Of a stretch of DNA of 64,000 nucleotides, positions 13,837 to 28,580 are shown in pieces. The notes beneath the pieces are model-generated. The model worked only from the letters and a program-made list of their open reading frames with translations. It had not been told where the DNA came from and made no database searches. The position numbers and the translations under genes are program-made. Source of the DNA: the human T2T-CHM13v2.0 reference genome, Homo sapiens; assembly GCF_009914755.1 (NCBI RefSeq), contig NC_060928.1; one strand, 5' to 3'. Position 1 is the stretch's first letter; each line of letters opens with the position of its first letter.

Positions 13837-15897
13837 CATATTTTCTGTATCCACTCACTGGTCAGTGGGCACTTAGGTTGGCTTCATATCTTTGCAATTG
13901 TGAATTGTGCTGCAATAAACATACAAGTACATGTGTCTTTTTCATATAATGACTTCTTTCCTTTGGGTAGATATCCATTAGTGGGATGGCTGGATCGAAT
14001 GGTAGATCTAGTTCTTTAAGGAATCTCCATACTATTTTTCATAGAGGTTGTACTCATTTACATTCCCACCAGCAGAGTAGAAGCATTCTCCTTTCATTAC
14101 ATCTACATCAACATCTATCATTTTTTGACTTTTTGATAATGGCCATTCTTACTGGAGTAAGATGGTATCCCATTGTGGCTTTAATTTGCATTTCCCTAAC
14201 AATTACTGATGTTGAGCATTTTTTCATGTTTGTGGGTCATTTGTATATCTTCTTTTGAGAAACGTCTATTTATGTCCTTTGCCCACTTCTTGATGAGGTT
14301 ATTTGTTTTTTCCTTAATTTGTTTGAGTTCCTTGTAGATTCTGGATATTAGTCCTTTTTCAGAGACATAGTTTAAAAGTATTTTCTCCACTCTTGATTGT
14401 CTGTTTATTCTGATGATTATTTCTTTGGCTGTGCAGAAGCTTTTTAGTTTAATCAGGTCTCATTTATTTATTTTTGCTTTTTTTCCATTTGCTTTTAGGG
14501 TTTTAGTCATAAATACTTTGCCTAGGCCAACGTCCAGAAGAGTTTTTTCAAAGTTATCTTCTAGAATTTTTATGCTTTCAGCCCTAGACTTAAGTCTTTG
14601 ATCCATCTTGAGTTTATTTTTGTATAAGGTGAGAGATAGGGATCCAGTTTCATTCTTCTACATGTGGATATCTAGTTTTCCCAGCACCATTTATTAAATA
14701 GAGTTTCCTTTTCCCAATTTATGTTTTTGTATGCTTTGTTGAAGATCAACTGTTTATAAGCATTTGACTTTATTTCTGGGTTCTCTATTCTGTTCCCTTA
14801 GTCTATCTGCCTCCTTTTGAAAGTACCATGTTGTTTTGGTAACTACAGCCTTGTAGTATAACTTAAAGTCCAGTAATGTGATGTCTCCAGATTTGTTCTT
14901 TTTGTTTAGGATCGCTTTAGTTATTTGGGGGCTTTTTTGGTTCCATATGAATTTTAGGATTGTTTTTGCTAATTCTGTGAAAAATGATTTTGGTATTTTG
15001 ATGGGAATTGCATTGAATCTGTACATTGCTTTGGGCAGTATGATCATTTTCACAGTATTGATTATTCCAATCCATTAGCATGGAATGTGTTTCTGTTTGT
15101 TTGTGTCATCTATGCTTTATTTCAGCAGTGTTTTGTAGTTCTCTTTGTAGAGAATTTTCACCTCCTTGGTTAAGTATATTCTTAGTTATTCAATTTTCTT
15201 TTCTTCTTTTTTTTTTTTTTTTGCAGCCATTGTAAAAGGGATTGAGTTCTTTATTTGATTCTCAGCTTGCTCATTGTTGGTATATAGCAAGCAGCACTGC
15301 TGATTTGTGTACATTGATTTTGTAACCTGAGACTTTACTGAATTTGTTTATCAAATCTAAGAGTCTTTTGAAGGAAAATTTAGGGTTTCCTAAGTATAGA
15401 GTCATGTCACCAGTGAGCAGTGAAGTTTGACTTTCTCTTTTCCAAAGTGGATCCCCTTATTTTCTTCTCTTACCTGTTTGCTCTGGCTAGGACTTCCAGT
15501 ACTATGTTGAATAGGAATGGTAAAAGTGGGCATCCTTGTCTTTTTCCAGTTCACAGGAGGAATTCTTTCAACTTTTCTTCCTCAGTGTGATGTTGGGGTT
15601 TGTTGAAGGTTTTTATCATAAAGGGATGCTGAATTTTATTGAGTGCTTTTTTCTGCATCTATTGAGAAGATCCTATGATTTGTGTTTTTAATTCTGCTTA
15701 TGTGATGTATCGCACATATTGACTCGTATATGTTTAACCATCTCGGCAACCTGGGTATGAAACACACTTGACCATGGTGTATTACCTTTTTGATTTGCTG
15801 TTAGATTCAGCTAGCTAGTATTTTATTGAGAATTTTGCATCTATGTTCAAAAGAAATATTGGTTTGTAGCTTTCTTTTTTTTTACTTTCTTTCTTTA

Positions 15898-16176
15898 ATT
15901 TTTTTTTATTATTATTATACTTTAAGTTTTAGGGTACATGTGCACAATGTGCAGGTTAGTTACATATGTATACATGTGCCGTGCTGGTGTGCTGCACCCA
16001 TTAACTCATCATTTAGCATTAGGTATATCTCCTAATGCTATCCCTCCCCCCTCCCCCCACCCCACAACAGTCCCCAGAGGGTGATGTTCCCCTTCCTGTG
16101 TCCATGTGTTCTCATTGTTCAATTCCCACCTATGAGTGAGAATACGCGGTGTTTGGTTTTTTGTTCTTGCGATAGT
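15898..16176 (-). mobile_element. L1PA3-like short 3' fragment nested in L1PB
   Basis: tactttaagttttagggtacatgtgcacaatgtgcaggttagttacatatg...ttcttgcgatagt. Confidence 0.88.
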
Positions 16177-17842
16177 CTTTTTTTATTATATCCTTTCCTG
16201 ATTTTTGTATCAGAGTGATGCTGGCTTCATAGAATAATTTAGGTAGGATTCCCTCTTCCTCTATCTTTTGTAATGGTTTCAGTAGGATTGATGCCAATTT
16301 TTCTTTGAATGTCTGATAGAATTCAGCTGTGAATCCATCTGGTCCTGGGTTTTTGTTGTTGTTGTTGTTGTTGTTGGCAAATTTCTAGTTAACTTCTCCC
16401 ATCTCGCTGCTTATCGGTCTAATCAGGGTTCCTATTTCTTCCTGACTTAATCTAAGAGGGTTGTATGTTTCCAGGAATGTATCCATTTCCTATAGGTTTT
16501 CTAGTTTGTGTGCCTAGAAATGTTCACAGTACTCTCAAATGATCATTTTTTATTTCTGTGGTGTCAGTTGTAATGTCTCAAGTTTCATTTCTAATTGAGC
16601 ATATTTGAATCTTCTCTCTTTTCTTGGTTAATCTTGCTAATGGCCTATCAATTTTGTTTATCTTTTCAAAGAACCAGCTTTTTGTTTCATTGATCTTTTG
16701 TATTTTTTTGTTTTAATTTCTTTTGGTTCTGCTCTGATCTTTGTTATTCCTCTTCTTCTGCTAGCTTTGGATTGAGTTTGTTCTTTTTTCTCTAGTTCCT
16801 TAAGGTGTAACATTAGATTGTCAATTTGTGATCTTTTAGACTTTTTAATGTGGTCGTTTAGCACTATAAACTTTCCTTTTAGTGTTCCTTTTGCTGTATC
16901 CCAGGGCTTTGATAACTTGTGTCATTATGATCATTAATTTCAAAGAATACTCAAATTTCTATCTTGATTTCATCAGTAACCTCAAAATCATTCAGGAGCA
17001 GATCGTTTAATTTCCATGTGTTTGTATAGCTATGGGGGTTCCTTGTGGAGTTAATTTCTAGTTTTATTCCACTGTGGTCTGAAAGATAGTTGATATTATT
17101 TTGACTTCTCAAAATTTATTGAGACTTGTTTTGTGGCCTATTGTATGGTCTGTCTTGGAGGATGTTCCATGTGCTGATGAGAAGAATGTATATTCTGCAG
17201 TTCTTGAGTAGAATGTTCTATAATATCTGTTAGGTCCATTTGTTATAGAATATAAGTTAAGTCTGTTGTTTCTTTGTTGACTTTCTGTCTTGATGATCTG
17301 TGTAGTACTGTCAGTGGAGTATTGAATTTTCCCACTATTATTGTGTTGCTGTCTTAGGTCTAGTAGTAATTGTTTTATGAAGATGGGAGCTCCCGTGTAA
17401 GGTACATATGAATTTAGGATTATGATATCTTCCTGTCGAAATTATCCTTTTATCATTATAAAATGACCTTTTTGTCTTTTACTGTTGTTGCTTTAAGGTC
17501 TGTGTGATCTAAGAATAACCATTCCTGTTCGCTTTGGTTTCCATTTGCATAGAATATCTTTTTCCACTTTTTTACCATGAATTTATATGAATCTTTACAT
17601 TTTAGGTAAGTCTCTGGAAGACAGTTGATATTTGGTTTGTGATTTTTTTAATCCATTATGCCAATCTGTATATTTTAAGTGGAGCATTTAGCCACTTACA
17701 TTTAACATTGAGATGTGAGGTATAGTTTCATTTATCATGTCATTGTTACCTAGATACTTTCAGTTTTTCTCATTATGTTACTGTTTTATAAGCCCTGTGG
17801 ATTTTATGCTGTCAAGAAGTTCTATTTTGGTGCATATCAAGC

Positions 17843-20110
17843 CTGGCTGTTCTTGGTGTATAGGAATGCTAGTGGGGTTTTTTTGGTATGTTGATTTTGT
17901 ATCCTGAAACTTTGCTGAATTTGTTCATCAACTGAAGGAGTACCAGGACTATGGGGTTTCCTAGATATGGAATTATGTCATCTGCAAACAGGAATACTTT
18001 CACTATTTGGATCCCATTTATTTCTTTCTGTTGCCTGATTGTTCTGGCCAGGATTTCCAATACTATGTTGAGTTAGAGTGGTGAGAGCGGGCATTCTTGT
18101 CTTGTGCCAGTTTTTAAGGGGAATGCTTTCAGCTTTTGCCCATTTAGTATGTTGTTGGCTGTGGGTTTGTCATAGATGGCTCTTACTATTTTAAGATATG
18201 TTCCTTCAATACCTAGTTCATTGACAGTTTTTAACATGAAGGGATATTGAACCATATCAAAAGCCTTTTCTGCATCTGTTCAGATGATCATGTGGTTTTT
18301 GTCTTTAGTTCTGCTTATGAGATGAATCACATTTACTGATTTGCATATGTTGAACCATCCTTGCATCCCAGGGATGAAGCCTACTTGATTGTGGTGAATT
18401 AGCTTTTTGATGTGCTGCTGGATTTGATTTGCCAGTATTTTGCTGAGGATTTTTGCATTGATGTTCACCAAGGATATTGGCCTGAAGTTTTCTTTATTTG
18501 TTGTGTCTCTGCCAGTCTTTGGTATCAGGATGATTCTGGCCTCATAGCAGGAGTTGGGGAGGAGTTCCTCCTCCTCAATTTTTTGGAATAGCTTCGGTAG
18601 GAATAATATCAGCTTTTATTCGTACATGTGTTTGAATTTGGCTGTGAATCCCTCTGGTACTGAGCTTCTTTTGGTTGGTAGGCTATTTACTACTTACTCA
18701 GTTTTGGAGCTCATTATTGGTCTGTTCAGAAATTGAATTTCTTCCTGGTTCAGTTTTGGGAGGGTGTATATGTCCAGGAATTTATCCATTTCATCTAGAT
18801 TTTCTAGTTTGTGCACATAGTGTGTTCAGAATAGTCTCTGATGATTGTATTTCTGTGAGGTCAGTGGTATTACCTCTTTTGCCATTGCCAATTGTGTTCA
18901 TTTGGATCTTTTCTCTTTTCTTCTTTATTAGTCTAGCTAGCAGTCTATCTTATTAATTTTTTCAAAAAAACTAGATCTTGGATTCATTGATCTTTTGAAT
19001 GGTTTTCATGTCTCGATCTTCTATTCAGCTCTGATTTTGATTAGTTTGTGTCTTCTGCTAGCTTGGAGGTTGGTTTGCTCTTCCTTCTTTAGCTCTTTTA
19101 TTTGTGATGTTAAGTTGTAAAATTGAGATCTTTCTAACTTTTCGATGTGGGCATTTAGTGCTATATATTTCCCTCTTAACACTGCCTTAGCTGTGTCCCA
19201 GAGATTCTGGTATGTTGCGTCTTTGTTTTCATAGGTTTCAACAAACTTCTTGATTTCTCCCTTAATTTCATTATTTACCCAAAAGTCATTCATGAACAAG
19301 TTGTTTCATTTCCATGTAATTGTGTGGTTCTGGGCAATTTTCTTGGTCGTTAATTCTAATTTTATTGTACTATGGTCTGAGAGAGTGGTTGCCAAAATTT
19401 CAAGGATTTTTGTACATGTACTGAGCATAATTATATGTCTGATTTTGTGGTTGATTTCAGAGTATGTGCCGTGTGGCAATGAGAAGAATGTATATTCTGG
19501 TTTTTTTGTTTGTGTCTTTGTTTGTTTGTTTTTTTGAGACAGAGTCTTGCTCTGTTGCCTAGGCTGGAGTGCAGTGACACTATTTCAGTTCACTACAACC
19601 TCCACCTTCCCGGTTCAAGCGATTCTCCACCACTAAGCCCGGCTAGTTTTTGTATTTTTAGTAGAGGCGGGGTTTCACCATGTTGGCCAGGCTGGTCTCA
19701 AACTCCTGACCTCAAATGATCCACCAACCTCGGCATCCCAAACTGCTGGGATTACAGGCATGAGCCACCAAGCCGGGACTATTCTGTTTGTTTTTTGGTG
19801 GAGAGTTCTGTAGAGGTCTAGAGGGCATAATAGAGACTGTAAGGAAGAAGCATTATTTGAAGTACTCCTTGTCTGTTTAACTCACCCCACCTGCAGGAGT
19901 AGTTGGAGGCCAAGAACAAGTCCCTGTGCCCCGTAGCCCCATACAGGATTCCCAGCTTTCTCTGCCTTGAGCCCAGCATCTGTGGCTTCCTTCTGTCCCC
20001 TCTCAATGCCTTTTCTTTGAAGATTTACTAGGAGTGCACCAGTCTTCCCAGTGTTTTGGTCACTTGGTGGGAGATGTTTCTCCTGCTTGCATGTAGTTGG
20101 CCATCTTGGA
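17843..20110 (-). mobile_element. Older L1PA element: ORF2 remnant (17843-19820) joined to 5' UTR start (19867-20110)
   Basis: RT-domain peptides ([36 protein letters not shown]); minus strand begins CCAAGATGGCCAACTAC, a typical L1 5' start. Confidence 0.8.
19500..19779 (-). mobile_element. AluSx-like with internal right-arm deletion
   Basis: caagcgattctcc joined directly to accactaagcccggctag; flanked by tattctg duplication. Confidence 0.9.
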
Positions 20111-20214
20111 ATGAACTCAGGAATAGCAGCTTTCAAAAATTCTGAAAAGCTCCCAGCTTTTAGCACTTCAAATAATGTTCTTCCTTACATTCTCTATTAT
20201 ACCCTCTAGACCTC
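19813..20214. repeat. 54-bp inverted repeat (arms 19813-19866 and 20162-20214)
   Basis: Reverse complement of the left arm matches the right arm at 50 of 54 positions by manual alignment. Confidence 0.9.
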
Positions 20215-20688
20215 CTAGTAAACATTAGTTGAACCTTCTTATTCAATCCTCAACATCTCCTAACCTCTCTCACATATTTTACATGTCTATTGCATTCTAT
20301 AAAATTTTCTTGGCTTGTTCATTAATCTCTTTAACTTTGTATAATTTACTATTTAGTTCATTATACAACTCAACTATTTATTCAACTTAGCCATTTATTG
20401 ATTAAACAAAATAATTAAATTTTAATTATTATGAGCTTTTATTTTAAGATTCTGTATTATCTTTTAAAATCCACTTGATCATTTTTATATTCTCTTGTTT
20501 CTTGCTTATAATTTCAAACCATTACTTGTTTTTTAAACCTATTAAATACCCTTTTTATATCTCTAATAATTTCAGTAACTTAAGACTTTGTGGATATAAT
20601 TATGCTATCAATTTTATTTTCTGCATCTGACTCATGGTATCGTGTTTCCGTGTGTGTTTTAGGATTTCTTAAAATCTCGTATTCCTAT

Positions 20689-21049
<361 letters not shown>

Positions 21050-22199
21050 TCAATTTCATTAAGCTTTGTTCTTAATTTCCTTTATTCTATTTTCTTTTGG
21101 CTTATTGTATTTTTTTTTTTTTACTTATTTAGTTAAGAGTCAAATCATTTTCACTCTTGCTTCTTTTCTTGTATATGAATTTAAGCCTATAAATTTTCTG
21201 TAAGCAGTGCTTTACCTACATTCCACATGTTTTAATTTGTAATATTTTTCTTATCCTTATAACAGATATCTTCTATTCACTTTAGTCATTTCTTCTGTGA
21301 CCCATCAGTTATTTTGTAGGTTTTGGTTCTCTATTAATTCCAAAACAAATGAGTCCTAACATTTTATTTTTGTTATTTATTTCTACATTAATTTCATGGT
21401 AGTTGTGGTTCTCAATTTACTAATTCTTTGAAATGTTATAACTTAATTTATAATGTATTTCATCAAGTGTCCTTAAAAATACTATGTAATCTCTAATTAT
21501 TGGAGTAAATATTTTCTGTCCTAACAGTCTATCAGTTACTGACAGTTATGTTTAAAATATCACTATTAAGACTGATTTGTCAAATTCTACCTTCAACTCT
21601 TTCACTTTTTGCTTCACATGTTTTGAAATCATGTTATTTAGTACATACAGAATTAGAATTTTCATATCTTCCTAATGAATGGGACACTTTATCACTATAT
21701 AGTGCCCACTTTTATTTTTGCCTTAAAGTCTATTTTATCTGTGTAAAATAGCTATATCTCACCCTTCCTTTAATTAGTATTTGCTCAGTATATATTTTTG
21801 TACTTTCATCTTCTTGTGTGCTTATGTTCTCTACTATAAATGGCATATAGTTGTTGTTTTTTGAATACAGTTTGATAATATGGTCACTTGAGTTATGATT
21901 ACACATAGATTTGAATCGACTGCCTTATATTTGTTTTTCTCTTTCGGTTTTCTCCTTTCTTCATTTGAACTGCTTTCTCTCCTCTACTGGTTTTGAAATT
22001 TTACATGCTATTTTATTTTAATGGTTGGCCTTGAAATTTTAACATATATCCTTAATTTAAAAACATCTAAAGTTCATTAATGTCTTTAGCTTTTCTGCAA
22101 TATCACAAAAATGTTTAAATGTTTAAAATACTTAGAAGTCTTCACAATCTCTCCCAAGCTGTCCTGTCCACCAAATCTCTTATCCTCTCCCCAGCGTCC

Positions 22200-22610
22200 T
22201 CCTACCTGGCCACACATTGCTCTGCTTCCTGTTCCTTAAATAGGCCATGCACATGCTCACCTTAAGGTTTTCCACTGACCAATTCATCTGCTAAAAACCA
22301 CCTCTCCCAGATATCTGCATGACTCTCTCACCTTTCAACTCTATTTCAGGCCTTTCCTGCCATCTTATTTAAAATTGCACACGTTTTAAGCTCTTCCTAG
22401 CAGCTTTCATAGCATTATTTTTCTCTATATCACTTATCACCTTTTAGTATACTAAATAACTTGTTTAAATTATTTATGTTCTTCTTCCCCAACTAGAAGT
22501 TAAGTTCCATAAGGAAAGGAATTTTTTTTTTATTGCTGTATCCCCAGAGCCTAAGATGATTTTGGGCTCATAGTAAGCCCTTACTATTTATTTGTTAAGC
22601 ATTCAATAAT
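22200..22610 (+). mobile_element. L2 3' end
   Basis: ctagaagttaagttccataaggaaagg...gctgtatccccagagcctaag...tttgttaagcattcaat. Confidence 0.65.
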
Positions 22611-23164
22611 TTCAGATCTCAAATCCATATGAGAGCCAGTTAGTGTCCTTGAATTGTTAAGGGATGCTATTTTTTTTTCTATTGATCACCACCAAGGCTG
22701 AGACAAATCATTTTATTGATGTCTCTTTCTTTGGAGCATTATTTTTACTTAGTGTGTTTCCTTTTCTGATCCTTTATCTGGATATGTTTCCTGAGTATGT
22801 TCCCTTTTCCCACTCTTGATTTAAAAATTGCCCAATAAATAAATATTTTTATCTATTTATGGTTCAGTTCATGAAAAACAAATAGGAGAATAGATACTGT
22901 GCAGACAACAGCAGTGTCTGACACAATTATGCTGTTGTTACAAAAAAGATCCCCACTATATACTGTTATAGTTGCAAAAGCAAGTTGCAGAAGAATATGT
23001 ATATGAGCTTGTTACTGTTAAAAAATAAAACAAAAAACTGAACTTCTGTAAATATGTGTATTTGTATGTGCATGGAGATATTTTGAGAAGCCTATACACT
23101 ACACTAGAATACAACCAATAATACAGTAAAAATAATATTACAATTAATAAATAGGGATTGCATC

Positions 23165-23420
23165 TAATAATAATAAAACATTTTCAAGATATCCAGTATA
23201 ATGCCAGGCACTGTTACAAGTGTTTTACAGACATTAACTAATTTAATCTTCGAAATCACTTTATAAGGCTTTACTAACGTTATCCTTAACTTACAGATGA
23301 GAAAATTGATACAGGAAGAGCTAAGTAACTTGTCTGAGGTAATAGATCTAATAAATGGTAGTGGTGGAGTTTGAACCCAGGCAGTCTGGCTCCCAAGGCT
23401 ATGCACTTAAACCTCTACTA
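23165..23420 (-). mobile_element. MIR
   Basis: ttacagatgagaaaattgatacagga...aagtaacttgtctgaggt...tttgaacccaggcagtctggctcc. Confidence 0.85.
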
Positions 23421-24449
23421 TATCTACATCTCTCTCTCTATCTGTATCTATGTCTATCTATCTATAGCTATAGCTATTTCTATGTCTATCTATATATAAC
23501 TTAGATAGATATTACAATTACATATTATTTTATAATTTACAAAGAAAGAAAGAAAGAAATTACCTCTCCATAAATCCACCCCAAAATGGCAGTAGTAGTA
23601 GCAAAAGCAAGAAGAAAGGAAAAACAGGATAGGATAAATTCTAAGCAAAACGTGGCTATCAGTGAAGATTGTCTTCAGTCCTCCCCCAACACCCCTTTGC
23701 CTTTGGGTGCTGTTGCACTTCTCTAAGAGATCGAGGTTCTCCCCACGCATATACCCAAGCCAGATAAACTGCTCAGGATTCTAAACCCCAGCTTTGTTCT
23801 GACTTTCCTCCGAAAGCAGCATCCCTATTTTTTTTCCTCTTCCTCTTCCAACTGAACTAGCTGTCCACCCACTTTAGAGTCATGCATTTTTCTTGGCAAG
23901 TTGGTAACCACAAAATAATGGGATAATTGTTTGCTCTAGATGGTGGAAGAGTTTGAGACTGTAGAGAAAGTAACCCTATTTTTCCCATTCCCACAGAAAT
24001 AGTTAACATTTGTATTGTTTTAAAGATCTCAAGGAGCTTCCACATGGAGCTGCTCATTTAATTCAGTCTTCATGATCACACTGTGATGGTTTTCATGCAT
24101 AGTTTACAGGTAAGGAAACCAAGGCTCTGTGAGGATAACTATTAGTTATTAGTCTACTGTGTTCTCACAGCTGAGTGGCAGAGCTGATCTCAAGTCAGAT
24201 TATCCTTTTCCCAAACTGCAACAACCTCTTTTTATATAAACTTCCTTGGCCAGGAATCTCCACATATATTATTAATGAATTTTGTGGCTAGAATAGTAAA
24301 AATTCACATCACCACTGGAAAAATAAAGCTTGAGTGTGAAAGAAATACAGAGTGAAGTCAATTACATGGTACTGCTTTAATATACAGCTGCATATTTCTG
24401 TTATAGCAATCTGAATATCCTTTTAACCTTAGTTTCACTTTGGCTTTGA

Positions 24450-24846
<397 letters not shown>

Positions 24847-25062
24847 CCCTCGGTTGCTTCATCCAGAAATAAAAGACGGGCTATAGCTGACTGCTGATTT
24901 GGGCGATATGTGTTGGCAATATTGTTGAGTTCCAAATACTTTTATATATAAAAGCTAAGTATAACTAAAAGATAAAATGTTTAAATGCAGAGAAAGATCT
25001 TACAAAAACAAAATGTGTCCACAATGCATTGCAGAGTTTGTTGGTTTAAGAAATGCAAACAG

Positions 25063-25400
<338 letters not shown>

Positions 25401-26306
25401 TTAGAAACCTGACCATAAAATGATGCAAGTGAAGTTTTTGTTCCTACAATAAACTTGAGTCAAAAGAGCAAACAAAGATATCTCATAAGGTTGCTCAACT
25501 GTAAATTCTCTGAGAGATTTTTACACCTGAGGGAGAAGTTGAGTATTTTCACTGACACTTTATTTCACCCACCTTGCCCCCACAAATTTGTTCTCAACAA
25601 GTTGTTGAGCAGTATTGGAAAACCTAAGCATTTTTTAATTGACAAAATCTGATGTAGTACATTTTAAAGTGCAGCAACTGAAACGTCTGTGAAGCAGGTT
25701 AAGTTAACATTGTGATTGAGTCCTGGAATTTAGAACTAAAAGGAACCCAAATGCATGTTTTAGGGATATTCCTTTGTCGACGATCAGGAAAAACTTCCTT
25801 CTCCTTGCTAGGATCCCAAATAATTCATAGATTAATTTTATAAGGCATAGAAGGTTTAGAACCTGGAAAAGCAATGTCAGAGCAGTTTTTCATCAGCATC
25901 ATTTTTATTTTCAAGGAAACATTAAGTGATAATTGGGCAGTGTCCATACTGGTTTGTCAGCTCTCTTACGCATGAGATTTCCTCCTGTGCTCTATTTCAC
26001 ATACTCCAGGAGTAAAGGACCTCCCTCACACCTCTCTGCCCTCAGTCTCCCCCACCCCCACCCAATCATTTCACTATGTATAATACATCAAAATATTATG
26101 TTGTACATCTTGAATATACACATTTTTAAAAAGAAAGGGCCACAATGCAGCCTCCTCACTGCAGCTCCTCTCATAAGGTGTCCTGTCTTCCTCTTTCATA
26201 TCCAAAATAATTCATTGTAATGACACGTGATTGTAACTTGCTTTTTCAAATCTGGGGCACTGAGAGGCAGGCTGCTTCTACTTTCCAATGCAAATATTAC
26301 AAATTA

Positions 26307-26476
26307 GGCTGGTGCAGTGGCTCACACTTGTAATCCCAGTGCTTCGGGAAGCTCAGGTGGGAGGATTGCTTGAGCCCAGGAGTTTGAGGCTGCAGTGAGC
26401 TGCAATTGCACCACTGCATTCCAGCCTGGTTGACAAAGTGAGAACCTGTTTCTGAAAACAAAAAACAAAAAAACAA
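26307..26476 (+). mobile_element. Alu monomer (FAM/FRAM-like)
   Basis: Single arm with ggaggattgcttgagcccaggagtttgaggctgcagtgagc; TSD acaaatta. Confidence 0.85.
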
Positions 26477-26584
26477 ATTAGCAAGCACCCCCAAATTCTC
26501 ATAATATAGATCAGGATTGGAGGGCTACAGGATATCTCATGCATTCATTCTCTCTCCTTGAATAGATTATCTGTTCTTATATAG

Positions 26585-26904
<320 letters not shown>

Positions 26905-28392
26905 TCATGTGGATTATTTCCTTAGCACTAAATAGCCCAAATCTCATAAAACCATGTGGTTTTGGATGCTATTTGTCAAAACTTCCTGCTTTCCTGATGA
27001 AGGAGGGATTGGTAGGCGATAAATGGTTCCAAACATACTCACCTGTGGGTCTGGATTGTCCAAAGATCAACCTAGTATAGCTTCCAAACTGATGCTGTAA
27101 TTACTCTCCACAGATGTTTGAATATTGAGTCTCTGCCTTAAATGCTGAAGTTAGTGGACCAGAGAGAGAGCTCATTACTTTTTAAAGTGTCTGTTCACAT
27201 TCCTGGGGCAGTCTCTTGACATCACACCATTAACTCTTCTGCTATATTGTTTCTCCAGTTGTCTTAGCTTTGTTCCCGGAGTCAGCCAAGAAAACACTGT
27301 TTATTTTCACTTTCATACATTGTGACCTGTACATTTATTTTTTACTGTACAGACTCTTTATAGGCCCTTTTGTAAAGTCCCACATTCTCAGGGAATGTGT
27401 CAACATTGAAGATGTCTCATATACCAGTTACTAGAATCATGTTAACTTTAAATGAAATATAATTACTTCTGCAACTGCAGAGACTAAGATGAAAATTAAG
27501 CTTCAAGCTTGAAGCAAATCCATTTACACACACTCTTACATACACAGACTCACACACTGCCCTGATGTTTATCGCCACTTTGATTTCATGGTCTGTGGTC
27601 TGGTTTGTGGCTTCCAAAATTTTACATTGCTCTGGGGAGCTCGTCCTTGAAGATACTTAGCTTTCTTACTTGAATACTTCATATAAACTTTTGCTATGTG
27701 TGAGGCTTCCCATTTATCTCATTATCTCCCCAGTACTGTGACTTTTTAAATTAAAACTTTCTGTTCGACAGTTCAAGAATTTTGAAATAACAAGATATGC
27801 TTGGTATAAAAGATGAACCATGAAAAATTTCAGTTGAAATTTATTTAATCCACCACTTCTTCACTCCTCATGGATTCTGATAGTGAATTGAAAAGAAAAA
27901 CTCCAATCATGCAATTGTTTTCCATTTCATTGAGATTTGGATATTACCCACTGAGAATGAGAGGTAATTGTTTTTAATAGCAGTGACAAAATTCATTTTC
28001 ATTTACTAATTAAAGGCATTTCATTTACTAATTAAAATTCTTCCCTTGATTTAAAAGCAAATGTGAACGGAAGTTGTGAACTGTTTTTTTTATACATTTG
28101 ATCTCCAGGCTGAATACCGGCTTTATAGGCTAAGCTACAACAATGGGATATTTTAAAGAAGCCACGATAATTGAGTATCATTTAACTCACTTGTTAGAGG
28201 AAGTTCGCTCCCACTTTTCTTCTTGCTTATAGTTTTGTAGGGGAATGTCCATATATCACTTCCTAAGAAAACATCATGAGGATACCTTCAGCCTTTTTCC
28301 TTGTTAACAAAGTCCTTCGAAGGCGTTGTTTGTAATGAAGGAAAAAGAAACCTCAGCAGAATGCCTCACCTGTATATGTTTTCATTTAACAG

Positions 28393-28580
28393 AAAAGATG
28401 ACTCCACAGGGTGAGTGTTCTGTAGCTGAGACCTTAACCCCAGAGGAAGAGCATCATGTGAAGAGGATGATGGCAAAGCGGGAAAAGATCATTAAGGAGC
28501 TGATACAGACAGAAAAGGATTATCTCAATGATCTAGAGCTGTGTGTTAGGGAAGTGGTTCAGCCCCTGAGAAATAAAAAG
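28393..28580 (+). CDS. ARHGEF38: ARHGEF38 internal coding exon (probably exon 2), 188 nt, start of DH domain
   Basis: Acceptor ttttcatttaacAG|AAAAG and donor AAG|gtaaat. Translates (phase 1 start, phase 0 end) as KMTPQGECSVAETLTPEEEHHVKRMMAKREKIIKELIQTEKDYLNDLELCVREVVQPLRNKK, with the DH CR1 motif ELIQTEKDYLNDL. Confidence 0.95.

Larger units (their letters stand above)
13528..17842 (-). mobile_element. L1PB (L1PB1-like), 3' UTR through ORF2, degraded
   Basis: L1PB-type 3' end (tttggggtacaagtcgtttttggttacat); ORF2p fragments in ORFs 14196..14390, 14754..15053 ([17 protein letters not shown]) and 16658..16864. Confidence 0.85.

Noticed and set aside
19800-19870. Spliced-L1 explanation for the 5' UTR-to-ORF2 junction
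   Set aside because: The junction contains an inverted copy of flanking genomic DNA, which points to DNA repair rather than RNA splicing.
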